Assembly (NCBI GenBank): GCA_025558095.1
Contig: JAIVFI010000009.1
Span: 496,001-560,000, forward strand
Reading direction: 5' to 3'
DNA from: Hyaloraphidium curvatum SAG 235-1
Lineage: Eukaryota > Fungi > Monoblepharomycota
DNA: 64,000 bases
Made by a program: the position numbers and the translations under genes. Shown piece after piece: positions 1 through 12,894 of this stretch (the stretch's first letter is position 1; the number at the start of each line of letters is the position of its first letter). The notes below the pieces were generated by a model. The model was not told where the DNA came from. It was given only the letters and a program-made list of their open reading frames with translations, and searched no databases.

Positions 1-2547
1 ATGAGACCGAGTCGGTACGCGGACGTCGCGGCGCCGATCTTGATCCGCCGCGCGAGGGTCGCGGAGAGCGCGGCCTTCATCTCCCGCAGGCGCGCCTCCT
101 GAGCAGCTTCCGGCAGAGCGTCGTAGTCCGGGAAGGCCTCGAATGCCATGTACCGGAGACGTGTCCGCGACGCGCGCTCGGCCCGATCGGCGGCCTTTTC
201 CACCGCCTCGCGCACCTCCTTTGCCTCGGCTTTCTTTTCTCCGACGAACGTCATCTTCTTGACCGCTTCTTTGTCGCCGAAACGAAGCTGGGTCAGGATC
301 TCGGCGGCCTCGATCGCCGCCTCGATCTGTGCAGGCGAGGCGTCACCGAGATCGTCCTCCTCGCTCTCCGCCGTCCGGCTCGCGCTCTCGGCCTCGGCCG
401 TGATCGCATCGCAGCGGTGGTACTGCTTCCAGTCCGCAAATGTCGACTCGAATTCCGGCCGCAGAGAGGAGAGGTTGACCTTGTAGTCGGGCAGGCCGTG
501 GGGAGCGACGGACTCGTCGGCCGACAAGCCTTGGTGGAGCTCTGCGAATGGCGCGGCGATCAGCCGAGCTCCTCGAGGCATCGATCGCGATGTGCTCACC
601 GGCACCGCCTCCCTTGGGAACGTTCCACCAGGGCCTGAGCTCCTCGGCGCGCTCGAGCATCCGGGGCCCAAGCGACTCGTCCCACATCGTGCGGGCCTTC
701 TTGAGCACCTCTTCGATGCCGAGGAGCTTCCGCATGCGCAGGATGTAGTCCGTGAGCTCGATCGTGCACCTGTCCAACTCGAAGAAGTAATCAAGCGCAA
801 GGACGCGAGCCGCGCCTTGGGCGTAGCCGACGATCGCCGTGTCGAGGAAAGCGGCGGCAAAGAACGAGCGATTCTGCAGCTCGTCCAGCGTCACGGTGGC
901 GAACCGGGGCTTGCCCATCCAGCTCTCGTTGCCCCACCCCGGAGCCGAGACGATTGAAAAGATCTCGGTCGGGCGGTCGCCGTAGAAGAGGAGGCCCAAG
1001 ACGTCTGGGTACGGCTCGAGCTTGGCGAAAAAGTCGCGCTTCGCGGCTTTCTGGTCGGCAATGGAGATATGCGCCGTTGGGAGCTGGGGGCAGGGAATCT
1101 TAGGGTACTCGTCCAGCGCGAGCGGAGGCTGGTGCCCCATGAGCTCATTGTTCGTGGCGAAGGAACGGCTCAGGTAGCTCTCGTGAGGCTGTCCGGGGTT
1201 TCGCACGGCCGAGCAGTCGGCGCCGCTGTTGAGCGCGAGGAAAGGCGGGGAGTTGTACGCGGATACAAAGAGCTTGGCACGCATCGTCCGCAGAATGTCC
1301 AGTTCGGCATTCTTCGCCGGGCGCGGAAAAAACGGAATCTTGGAGTAGGGGCTGGAGTTGCCGGCGTGAGAACCGCCCATCAGCTTGACGATGAAGATGA
1401 GCGCCTCCTCGGCCGGGTTGCTGAGCGCGGGCGAGGCGATGCCGTGCCCGAGGCAGCGGCACTCGGCCATCTCGCCGTACATCTTGAGCTTGCCGTGAGG
1501 GGGGTACGCGTTGCGCCGCACAAGGTCGTCCGTGACCCCCATGTAGGGGTGCAGGCGGTCGTCCGAGGGGAAGCGGAGGTCGTCCCCGGACGGCTTCAGC
1601 ACCGCGAACTGCACGCCTTGATCGAAGAAGCTCTTGCCGTAGAGGCACATAACGCATTGGACACCGGCTTCGTGGACCTTGGCCCGGTCCAGGACGAGGT
1701 GCTCGTTCCCGGGCGTCAGGTCGACGTACTTGATGGCCCTGAGCTCGGCGAGAACGCAGATGCCGGCCTGCAGCCGCGCAAGAGGGATTGCTGCCTCCTT
1801 GGCGTACTGCTCCAGCTTCGCGAGGAAGTACTGGTAGATGTTGATCTCAAGACCGGCTGCAGTACGTGGTAGCGTCAGTTGCGGCCGAGAGCGCCGATCG
1901 CGGCAAACACGAACTGGGAGAGGAATCGTCGCCAGATCCAAAGAGATTCTTGGGCAAAGAACTCGAGCCGTAAGTAGGAAGACGCGCGGTATCAGTCCGC
2001 GGCTGGAGAGGGACAGCGATCAGCTCGGGCTGCGGAGGCAAATAAAGTGGAGGCGTTCCTCGACCAACCTTTTTCGAGTTGGGAGAGCTGCCTCCCAGCT
2101 GGACATCCGGCGATGACTTCGAAATCCTGCCGTTGCTCGTTTCTGCGTTGGGTGATCAGCGTGTTAAGAGCGCGACGGCGGGCCACCCACCAGCCAAGGC
2201 GTTTTCGCTCTTCCGCTTTGCGGGGGCCGAGACGTCATTCTGGGCAGCCTGAACATGAAGAAAGAAGCTGTCAGCAACGCAGCTCGACCGGCGCGGGCAG
2301 GAAAACGAACCGCAGGGCGAGGATCGACGGCGTCGCTGGAGGACCGACGGACTTGACCAGATCCCGGCGCGGTGACGGCGTCCCCGTCGTCGTCGCTGTC
2401 CAGGCTGAGATCGATGGCTTGAAGAGAGCCGCATCCCGTCAGGGATTCGTCCGGGAAGAGGGAGCAAGGGCACCTACTGAACATGGGGACCTTCCGCGGT
2501 GGGACGCCTCCGCCGGGCGACCCGGCGCCATCTCCCGACGCCCGCAT
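1..2547 (-). CDS. Duplicate of the orphan GIY-YIG-like/zinc-finger protein; 3' part runs off the window
   Basis: Matches 7615-10161. Confidence 0.75.
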
Positions 2548-3965
2548 AGTCTTCCCGACTTCTAAAGTGCTTTTGGCACCGCCCAACGCGCGCAGGAGGC
2601 CGCGGCCAGCGCGCTGCGAGACCCAGGTCCAGGTCGCCGCTGGGGCGCCGAAAAGCCTGAGCGGGGAGCGAGGGCCGTGAAAAGGGCCGCCGCCTCGAGA
2701 TGCGCGTCCGCGGGGATTTTCAGAGCCGCAGAGCGGCGGCCAGCAGGTCGCCCCGGGACCGGTGTAGAGCCAGTCTTCGAAGTGTCTGCGTGCGACGATC
2801 GCGATCGTCGCACAAGTCATACTCCACACACCCTTCCGCCCGAGGGCGGTGCCGCCGTGCCTCCGGCTGCCGCCATGGTGATTCTCGGTGCTCAAAACGC
2901 CCCTGGCCGGCGGGAGGCGCCGAGTTCGCCGCCGGGGGCCGGGCCTCGGGGCCTTCGGGGCGACCCAATTCGCGGCCCTGCTGCGCCGCCCACGGAGAGC
3001 GACGGGGCCCAGGCGGGGCGCGGAAACGACAGCATCATGTGCCATCGCCGCCACCGAGTGCTCCGTTTGCGTCCGACCGCGTCGCTGGCCGAGTTGCTCG
3101 GCGCCACCCGCACAGTCATCGCGGGCCCGAGGTGGATGGCATTCCCGCCGCCGGGAGGTGGCTCCCGTCGCGCGAGACTGTTTGATTCGGTGCTTTTGCT
3201 GATGCTGCTGGCGATGGAGGAGCTTTCCCGACGCGCATGGGCGTCCTTCGACAAGGGGAATCCGGAAACCGTTGGACGGGCTCATGAAGCGCGAAGCATC
3301 TCTGGGAGCTCATCTCTGGTTTCGAGGCACATTTCATGGGCGCTGGAAGGTCCTCATTGAGGCTCTGATGGCTCGCCGGACGAGTTACCATCGGGGTCCA
3401 GCACACGCTCCCTCAAAGGCGGAACAGAACGAATCGGGTCCCTCCAGCGCGTCTCCGAGGGCGTCAGCGAGCGAAGAAGAGGCGATTGATCGCGATTCAG
3501 GTCGGCGTTCGTCGATCGACCGCTCAGCGGGTCCCGGCCTCGTCCACGTTGGGCGGTTCCGCGCTCCTTTCCAACGAGGCGGCGGGCAGACCGCATCCTG
3601 CCCCGGATGTGCGAGTGGAGCTTCCAACGTGCTTCTGGGCTTTTCATTGGTCCGTGGGAAGTGTCCTCGGCGGAGCTGCGGTGCAGACATGGAGTTTGCC
3701 AACGGCCGGGGGAACGCTCCCGAGGCAACGTCGGGAGTTGCATCATGAGCGGTAAACAGCCCCCAGCTCCGATCCGCACAATCCTACACCGACTATGCAT
3801 CGCGCTAGGCATCGGCAGATCCGAGATCTTACTGATTAAGTGCACGAATGGATTGGAGGCCAAAGACTCTCTCCTCGTCCTCTGGGAAGCAATCTTTGAC
3901 TCCATCTGTGTTGACTTCCCACTCTATATCATTGCAACGCTAGCGTATCTCGGGCGGCAGCTGCG

Positions 3966-5028
3966 CTAACCAAGTCGGGCTTCAGGAAGCCGAGCTTCCT
4001 TGATGAGCGCATCGAGCACCCTACGCCAGCCAGGAACGTAGCGATCCGGCGACTCGAAAGGCGTGCGGATGTTGTGCTGCTGCTTCAGCAGCCACTCTTT
4101 CGTCAGCTCGGGCCAGCCGGAGGAAGCTGATGCGCCCGACAAAGTCGACCACCCGGTCCGCGGCGATGTCGGGAAAGCGCACGTGGACGACGACTCTGGG
4201 TCAGAAGACGCTGTGCATGTTCGGGCCAGAGCTGGGCCTCGTGAACGACATCGGCCGCCTGCATGTGCAGGTTCCTGGGCCAGGCGGATTCCGAGAACAT
4301 CAGGGGCAGGAAGGCCTTGATGCAGAAGTCGTTGTAGGCCTCCAGCATTCTGAAGAAGAACGCAAGTGCCTCGTCGCGAGACATTGCGGCAGCCAAAGTG
4401 ACGGCGGCAGAGGCCCGAAGGAGGCTTTCGATTTGCCATCCTCGTCCTGGGGACCCACATCCGAGTCCAAGAAGCACGCAGCAGCTAAACAGCCATCCGC
4501 GCTTGCCGCTGGGCCAGCGGCACAGCGCGAGCATGTCCAGGGCGGTTCCCTCGGGCATGATCTCCATCATCCCCTCGAAAATGCGGATCGCATCGTCCCT
4601 GCCATCGTTTTCCGGCTCCTCGCAATCCGCAAAGAATGCCGCCGAGTCGGCCGCCGTGATTTCCCGAAGTCCCGCTATGCACTTCCAACGGTACTCGTAC
4701 CAGACATTCCGCGCGTTTTGGAGGGCCTCCTCCAGGTCTGCCGCGTCCAGTCCTGTACACCGGAGCATTTGCAAGCACCGGTCGTACTTGTCCAAATGGT
4801 TCCACAGCTCCAAGTGGTCCAAGAAGGCCGTAGAGAGCGGACCGACACCCCCAGCGCGCGGAGCGCGAGCCCGGCGTCCGCTCCGGTCTCGTACAGCTCG
4901 GCGAGGATCTTCTGGGCGGCGAAGGAGTTGCACGGAACGCCCGCGCGGCGGAGGAGGCTGCCGACGCCCTGCGGGCCGAGAGCCTGGTCCCCTCCGCGTG
5001 CGCGTCGCGATTCATCCATGGCTGTCAT
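3966..5028 (-). pseudogene. Degenerate hypothetical helical protein (copy 1)
   Basis: Protein-like segments (AFLDHLELWNHLDKYDRCLQML...EALAFFFRMLEAYNDF) lie in different frames with no usable intron at the frame switch. Confidence 0.4.
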
Positions 5029-5280
5029 GACATTGTGTGAAGCACCTGCAAGCTGCCAGGCTGCCCCGCGGTCGCCGCCGAGCCGAGCACATGCGATGGA
5101 TTACATGTCTCTCCTTTTTCTTCTTCGGTCAAGTTCCACTCTCCTGCCGAGCCGAGTCGGACTGGCCAAATCGAGCGAATTGGTGGGCTGTGCTCCTGGC
5201 GGGCTGGGGGGGTCGACGTCCCCATTCCGCTCTTTTTCGCACAACGCCTTTGCGTCTCTCCGTCCGGCCCCGGCATCACG

Positions 5281-5445
5281 ATGGGCGGCAGCGTGCGCGG
5301 CGTGCGGGTTGCGGCGGTTGCGGCGGCGCTGCTTTCGGGGCTCGCGGCGGCGGCCGGCCAGCGCGCCGACTGCCCCGTGGCGCCGGGCACGTTCAGCGCG
5401 GACGCCGACTACTCTTCCGTGTTCAACACGTCTTTGTGGGATTGA
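5281..5445 (+). pseudogene. 5' stub of the CBA1-like gene created by the duplication breakpoint
   Basis: Same ATG and signal peptide as 12895; reads ...SVFNTSLWD* across the junction (54 aa). Confidence 0.85.
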
Positions 5446-6716
5446 AAACGGATGCCGGGGCGCGGTGGGCTCCAGAGCTGGGAGGTCTCGGTGGGGGACG
5501 TTTCAAGCCGGGCCACCGGGAGACGACGCCGAACGCGGAGGATAAGCGGCCGTTGGAGCCAATTGTTGACCGGTTACGGAAAGCTCTGATTGAATTCGGC
5601 GAGGAATGGACCCCTGTTGCCCCCGATGACCGCGCTGTTCAGCTTGGGAACCAGTCCTGCTGCCGTCGCCGGAGCAGCTGTCTGCAACCTCTTCTTCGGG
5701 ACCTGGGTGTAACGGTGCACTGGAGCCGGTGGCAGTGACGTATATCTTCCCTCCAGAGAGGTGTATTGCGTCATGCTGGCCACCGTTGGAACATTATGGC
5801 ATTCGACATGTGTCGGCACTTTCGGACTTCTCATTGACGCTGCTGACTAGCTGGAAGACCGTTTGGACATTGTGAACTTCATTTGCCGAGTCAGACGGAT
5901 GGATCGAGGCCTTGCATCGTCAACTTTCGCGGCCATCAATGTTGTAGGGCCGGAGGATCAAATCGTGGGCTCACTTCCTGGTGGCTGTTGGCCAGAAGCA
6001 CTGCCTCGGCGTTCTTACGGTGATCTTGAGAACATGTACAGTCTCATGATCAACGTCTTCGCTTCGTTGCGGGCGAGTTCAATGCTAAGAAGCCCCGACG
6101 AAGCTTCCATGACGTTTCCTTGCTGGTTCGATCTGTTCCGACCCAGCGGAGGCACTGCTTGGTCCTTCACATCGCAGACATGAGCCACGCGTTTGGTCTT
6201 CTTCAGCTCCAAGAACCGGGCCTCGAGATCGATCGTACAATCTGCTGATCTCGTTCTCGCATGGCAACCACAGCGATCCGACTCTCGTTGACGCTTAGAA
6301 GACAAAAGTAATTGCATGTAGCGGAAACCGATCGGCTCAGGGAGTTGCATTATAGATTTGTGCCTGTGCCAACTTTCGGGCGGCGGTGCCCGGTCGAATG
6401 GATCCCCTGCTCATCCGACCCTCTTCAGCTCTTCTTCCATCATTTCTCTACTCTATTCCTTTCATTTCGGAAGCTTTGCGGCCTGGCGGCCGCCAGAGTT
6501 TTGAAAAACGCCGCTTCAGTTTTGAATACGGACATGGCATTAGTGCCCTCGCGAGGGCACGACCGTCGTCACAACCCCCGAATCTCGACCCCGCACGGTC
6601 CCCGCGAAAGGATCCGGGTATCTTTCGATCTGATTAACACGAACGCGGGTATCGTTTACAGTAGCCCGATGGGCATCCCATAGCATTCCGGCCATATTCT
6701 CTCCCCGATCCCCACC

Positions 6717-9700
6717 TCACGGCTTCTTCTGGAAGAAGTCGCTGACCGAGAGCTGCGAGGGGTCCTTCTTGCCTGCCGCTTTTTTCGCCTTGCCCTCGGC
6801 TTGCCTCTTGCGCGAGCGCTGCATGCTGATGGTTCCGTCCGCGACGGTGCGGGCGTCGACGATGGTCTGGTAGCCGAGGTAGTCGAGGTTCTCCAGCTCG
6901 AGGTACGTCTCCTCCCCGAGGTTGCGCGCGATCGACCCGAAGGCAAAGATGGTCAGAAAGTCTTTGTCCGCCTCGAAGCGTCGGGGCTTCCGCTTCGCGA
7001 CGAAGCGCCCAGCCCGCGCGAGGCCTTCGACCATGCCCTTGCCGAAACCCGACTTGAGCGCGTGCTTGACCTCGACGACCTCGTCCGTGTCACCAATCTC
7101 GTCGGCGAGGCACTTGATTTTGATGAAGAAATCTATGACCGGCTCGTAGATGTCGACGAGGTAGAGGGCCTGGAGGTGGCCGGCGGCCTGCAGTTCGCGC
7201 AGAAGGGAGCCGAAAGTGCTCGCGACCTGCGCAAAGTTGATGACCAGGATGCCGTCGTGGTTCGCCTCGGCCTCGTCGTCCAGCGCGGCGGCGAGGAGGT
7301 CGGTGACTGGCACGAAGTCAAAGCGCACGCCGGGGATGGAAGGCAGGCACGTCCACCCCTTGGTGAACTTCTTGATCGCGCAATTGGACCCGCCGCCCTG
7401 CGGATGCGGCGAATGGCCGTTCTCGAGCGAGCCCGGCTTGTCCTTGCGCATGGTCCGGCAGAAGTCCTTGTTGCACGTGAGGCACTGAACCAGCTCCGCC
7501 GTGGGCGAGTACGGCCGGAGCTGGTTGTGCCGATCGAGCTTCATGACGGCCGTCGAGACGATGCGCTGCGCCTCTGCTTCGTCGAGCGCGGTAAAGTCAG
7601 GCTCCGGCCCCGACATGAGACCGAGTCGGTACGCGGACGTCGCGGCGCCGATCTTGATCCGCCGCGCGAGGGTCGCGGAGAGCGCGGCCTTCATCTCCCG
7701 CAGGCGCGCCTCCTGAGCAGCTTCCGGCAGAGCGTCGTAGTCCGGGAAGGCCTCGAATGCCATGTACCGGAGACGTGTCCGCGACGCGCGCTCGGCCCGA
7801 TCGGCGGCCTTTTCCACCGCCTCGCGCACCTCCTTTGCCTCGGCTTTCTTTTCTCCGACGAACGTCATCTTCTTGACCGCTTCTTTGTCGCCGAAACGAA
7901 GCTGGGTCAGGATCTCGGCGGCCTCGATCGCCGCCTCGATCTGTGCAGGCGAGGCGTCACCGAGATCGTCCTCCTCGCTCTCCGCCGTCCGGCTCGCGCT
8001 CTCGGCCTCGGCCGTGATCGCATCGCAGCGGTGGTACTGCTTCCAGTCCGCAAATGTCGACTCGAATTCCGGCCGCAGAGAGGAGAGGTTGACCTTGTAG
8101 TCGGGCAGGCCGTGGGGAGCGACGGACTCGTCGGCCGACAAGCCTTGGTGGAGCTCTGCGAATGGCGCGGCGATCAGCCGAGCTCCTCGAGGCATCGATC
8201 GCGATGTGCTCACCGGCACCGCCTCCCTTGGGAACGTTCCACCAGGGCCTGAGCTCCTCGGCGCGCTCGAGCATCCGGGGCCCAAGCGACTCGTCCCACA
8301 TCGTGCGGGCCTTCTTGAGCACCTCTTCGATGCCGAGGAGCTTCCGCATGCGCAGGATGTAGTCCGTGAGCTCGATCGTGCACCTGTCCAACTCGAAGAA
8401 GTAATCAAGCGCAAGGACGCGAGCCGCGCCTTGGGCGTAGCCGACGATCGCCGTGTCGAGGAAAGCGGCGGCAAAGAACGAGCGATTCTGCAGCTCGTCC
8501 AGCGTCACGGTGGCGAACCGGGGCTTGCCCATCCAGCTCTCGTTGCCCCACCCCGGAGCCGAGACGATTGAAAAGATCTCGGTCGGGCGGTCGCCGTAGA
8601 AGAGGAGGCCCAAGACGTCTGGGTACGGCTCGAGCTTGGCGAAAAAGTCGCGCTTCGCGGCTTTCTGGTCGGCAATGGAGATATGCGCCGTTGGGAGCTG
8701 GGGGCAGGGAATCTTAGGGTACTCGTCCAGCGCGAGCGGAGGCTGGTGCCCCATGAGCTCATTGTTCGTGGCGAAGGAACGGCTCAGGTAGCTCTCGTGA
8801 GGCTGTCCGGGGTTTCGCACGGCCGAGCAGTCGGCGCCGCTGTTGAGCGCGAGGAAAGGCGGGGAGTTGTACGCGGATACAAAGAGCTTGGCACGCATCG
8901 TCCGCAGAATGTCCAGTTCGGCATTCTTCGCCGGGCGCGGAAAAAACGGAATCTTGGAGTAGGGGCTGGAGTTGCCGGCGTGAGAACCGCCCATCAGCTT
9001 GACGATGAAGATGAGCGCCTCCTCGGCCGGGTTGCTGAGCGCGGGCGAGGCGATGCCGTGCCCGAGGCAGCGGCACTCGGCCATCTCGCCGTACATCTTG
9101 AGCTTGCCGTGAGGGGGGTACGCGTTGCGCCGCACAAGGTCGTCCGTGACCCCCATGTAGGGGTGCAGGCGGTCGTCCGAGGGGAAGCGGAGGTCGTCCC
9201 CGGACGGCTTCAGCACCGCGAACTGCACGCCTTGATCGAAGAAGCTCTTGCCGTAGAGGCACATAACGCATTGGACACCGGCTTCGTGGACCTTGGCCCG
9301 GTCCAGGACGAGGTGCTCGTTCCCGGGCGTCAGGTCGACGTACTTGATGGCCCTGAGCTCGGCGAGAACGCAGATGCCGGCCTGCAGCCGCGCAAGAGGG
9401 ATTGCTGCCTCCTTGGCGTACTGCTCCAGCTTCGCGAGGAAGTACTGGTAGATGTTGATCTCAAGACCGGCTGCAGTACGTGGTAGCGTCAGTTGCGGCC
9501 GAGAGCGCCGATCGCGGCAAACACGAACTGGGAGAGGAATCGTCGCCAGATCCAAAGAGATTCTTGGGCAAAGAACTCGAGCCGTAAGTAGGAAGACGCG
9601 CGGTATCAGTCCGCGGCTGGAGAGGGACAGCGATCAGCTCGGGCTGCGGAGGCAAATAAAGTGGAGGCGTTCCTCGACCAACCTTTTTCGAGTTGGGAGA

Positions 9701-10161
9701 GCTGCCTCCCAGCTGGACATCCGGCGATGACTTCGAAATCCTGCCGTTGCTCGTTTCTGCGTTGGGTGATCAGCGTGTTAAGAGCGCGACGGCGGGCCAC
9801 CCACCAGCCAAGGCGTTTTCGCTCTTCCGCTTTGCGGGGGCCGAGACGTCATTCTGGGCAGCCTGAACATGAAGAAAGAAGCTGTCAGCAACGCAGCTCG
9901 ACCGGCGCGGGCAGGAAAACGAACCGCAGGGCGAGGATCGACGGCGTCGCTGGAGGACCGACGGACTTGACCAGATCCCGGCGCGGTGACGGCGTCCCCG
10001 TCGTCGTCGCTGTCCAGGCTGAGATCGATGGCTTGAAGAGAGCCGCATCCCGTCAGGGATTCGTCCGGGAAGAGGGAGCAAGGGCACCTACTGAACATGG
10101 GGACCTTCCGCGGTGGGACGCCTCCGCCGGGCGACCCGGCGCCATCTCCCGACGCCCGCAT
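6717..10161 (-). CDS. Large orphan protein (about 1000 aa, 6 predicted introns) with GIY-YIG-like motif, coiled-coil, CxxC-H-C zinc-finger-like motif and basic tail
   Basis: ORFs 7957..9555 and 6717..8474 join through intron 8213-8156 (GTGAGC..CTGAT..CGCAG). Five further GT..CTGAY..AG introns give a continuous frame from ATG 10161. Motifs HPYMGVTDDLVRR, AEEALI, GNSS, CLTC..H..C. Confidence 0.75.
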
Positions 10162-11579
10162 AGTCTTCCCGACTTCTAAAGTGCTTTTGGCACCGCCCAA
10201 CGCGCGCAGGAGGCCGCGGCCAGCGCGCTGCGAGACCCAGGTCCAGGTCGCCGCTGGGGCGCCGAAAAGCCTGAGCGGGGAGCGAGGGCCGTGAAAAGGG
10301 CCGCCGCCTCGAGATGCGCGTCCGCGGGGATTTTCAGAGCCGCAGAGCGGCGGCCAGCAGGTCGCCCCGGGACCGGTGTAGAGCCAGTCTTCGAAGTGTC
10401 TGCGTGCGACGATCGCGATCGTCGCACAAGTCATACTCCACACACCCTTCCGCCCGAGGGCGGTGCCGCCGTGCCTCCGGCTGCCGCCATGGTGATTCTC
10501 GGTGCTCAAAACGCCCCTGGCCGGCGGGAGGCGCCGAGTTCGCCGCCGGGGGCCGGGCCTCGGGGCCTTCGGGGCGACCCAATTCGCGGCCCTGCTGCGC
10601 CGCCCACGGAGAGCGACGGGGCCCAGGCGGGGCGCGGAAACGACAGCATCATGTGCCATCGCCGCCACCGAGTGCTCCGTTTGCGTCCGACCGCGTCGCT
10701 GGCCGAGTTGCTCGGCGCCACCCGCACAGTCATCGCGGGCCCGAGGTGGATGGCATTCCCGCCGCCGGGAGGTGGCTCCCGTCGCGCGAGACTGTTTGAT
10801 TCGGTGCTTTTGCTGATGCTGCTGGCGATGGAGGAGCTTTCCCGACGCGCATGGGCGTCCTTCGACAAGGGGAATCCGGAAACCGTTGGACGGGCTCATG
10901 AAGCGCGAAGCATCTCTGGGAGCTCATCTCTGGTTTCGAGGCACATTTCATGGGCGCTGGAAGGTCCTCATTGAGGCTCTGATGGCTCGCCGGACGAGTT
11001 ACCATCGGGGTCCAGCACACGCTCCCTCAAAGGCGGAACAGAACGAATCGGGTCCCTCCAGCGCGTCTCCGAGGGCGTCAGCGAGCGAAGAAGAGGCGAT
11101 TGATCGCGATTCAGGTCGGCGTTCGTCGATCGACCGCTCAGCGGGTCCCGGCCTCGTCCACGTTGGGCGGTTCCGCGCTCCTTTCCAACGAGGCGGCGGG
11201 CAGACCGCATCCTGCCCCGGATGTGCGAGTGGAGCTTCCAACGTGCTTCTGGGCTTTTCATTGGTCCGTGGGAAGTGTCCTCGGCGGAGCTGCGGTGCAG
11301 ACATGGAGTTTGCCAACGGCCGGGGGAACGCTCCCGAGGCAACGTCGGGAGTTGCATCATGAGCGGTAAACAGCCCCCAGCTCCGATCCGCACAATCCTA
11401 CACCGACTATGCATCGCGCTAGGCATCGGCAGATCCGAGATCTTACTGATTAAGTGCACGAATGGATTGGAGGCCAAAGACTCTCTCCTCGTCCTCTGGG
11501 AAGCAATCTTTGACTCCATCTGTGTTGACTTCCCACTCTATATCATTGCAACGCTAGCGTATCTCGGGCGGCAGCTGCG

Positions 11580-12642
11580 CTAACCAAGTCGGGCTTCAGG
11601 AAGCCGAGCTTCCTTGATGAGCGCATCGAGCACCCTACGCCAGCCAGGAACGTAGCGATCCGGCGACTCGAAAGGCGTGCGGATGTTGTGCTGCTGCTTC
11701 AGCAGCCACTCTTTCGTCAGCTCGGGCCAGCCGGAGGAAGCTGATGCGCCCGACAAAGTCGACCACCCGGTCCGCGGCGATGTCGGGAAAGCGCACGTGG
11801 ACGACGACTCTGGGTCAGAAGACGCTGTGCATGTTCGGGCCAGAGCTGGGCCTCGTGAACGACATCGGCCGCCTGCATGTGCAGGTTCCTGGGCCAGGCG
11901 GATTCCGAGAACATCAGGGGCAGGAAGGCCTTGATGCAGAAGTCGTTGTAGGCCTCCAGCATTCTGAAGAAGAACGCAAGTGCCTCGTCGCGAGACATTG
12001 CGGCAGCCAAAGTGACGGCGGCAGAGGCCCGAAGGAGGCTTTCGATTTGCCATCCTCGTCCTGGGGACCCACATCCGAGTCCAAGAAGCACGCAGCAGCT
12101 AAACAGCCATCCGCGCTTGCCGCTGGGCCAGCGGCACAGCGCGAGCATGTCCAGGGCGGTTCCCTCGGGCATGATCTCCATCATCCCCTCGAAAATGCGG
12201 ATCGCATCGTCCCTGCCATCGTTTTCCGGCTCCTCGCAATCCGCAAAGAATGCCGCCGAGTCGGCCGCCGTGATTTCCCGAAGTCCCGCTATGCACTTCC
12301 AACGGTACTCGTACCAGACATTCCGCGCGTTTTGGAGGGCCTCCTCCAGGTCTGCCGCGTCCAGTCCTGTACACCGGAGCATTTGCAAGCACCGGTCGTA
12401 CTTGTCCAAATGGTTCCACAGCTCCAAGTGGTCCAAGAAGGCCGTAGAGAGCGGACCGACACCCCCAGCGCGCGGAGCGCGAGCCCGGCGTCCGCTCCGG
12501 TCTCGTACAGCTCGGCGAGGATCTTCTGGGCGGCGAAGGAGTTGCACGGAACGCCCGCGCGGCGGAGGAGGCTGCCGACGCCCTGCGGGCCGAGAGCCTG
12601 GTCCCCTCCGCGTGCGCGTCGCGATTCATCCATGGCTGTCAT
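11580..12642 (-). pseudogene. Degenerate hypothetical helical protein (copy 2)
   Basis: As 3966-5028. Confidence 0.4.
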
Positions 12643-12894
12643 GACATTGTGTGAAGCACCTGCAAGCTGCCAGGCTGCCCCGCGGTCGCCGCCGAGCCGA
12701 GCACATGCGATGGATTACATGTCTCTCCTTTTTCTTCTTCGGTCAAGTTCCACTCTCCTGCCGAGCCGAGTCGGACTGGCCAAATCGAGCGAATTGGTGG
12801 GCTGTGCTCCTGGCGGGCTGGGGGGGTCGACGTCCCCATTCCGCTCTTTTTCGCACAACGCCTTTGCGTCTCTCCGTCCAGCCCCGGCATCACG

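Larger units (their letters stand above)
1..5432. repeat. Upstream, left-truncated copy of a 7614-bp tandem duplication (matches 7615-13046)
   Basis: ORFs in 1-5400 recur at +7614 (e.g. 343..1941 and 7957..9555). Identity ends at ...TTCAACACGTC (5432/13046). One substitution seen: G5266 vs A12880. Confidence 0.97.

Noticed and set aside
5438-5448. GGGATTGAAAA shared by the duplication junction and the left edge of the island (42008-42018)
   Set aside because: Only 11 bp with no extension, and the core GATTGAAAA also occurs inside a CDS (about 952). Chance cannot be excluded.
10300-11583. Possible small genes in the duplicated unit (e.g. 11221..11583 and 6015..6350)
   Set aside because: No recognisable motifs or convincing exon structure.
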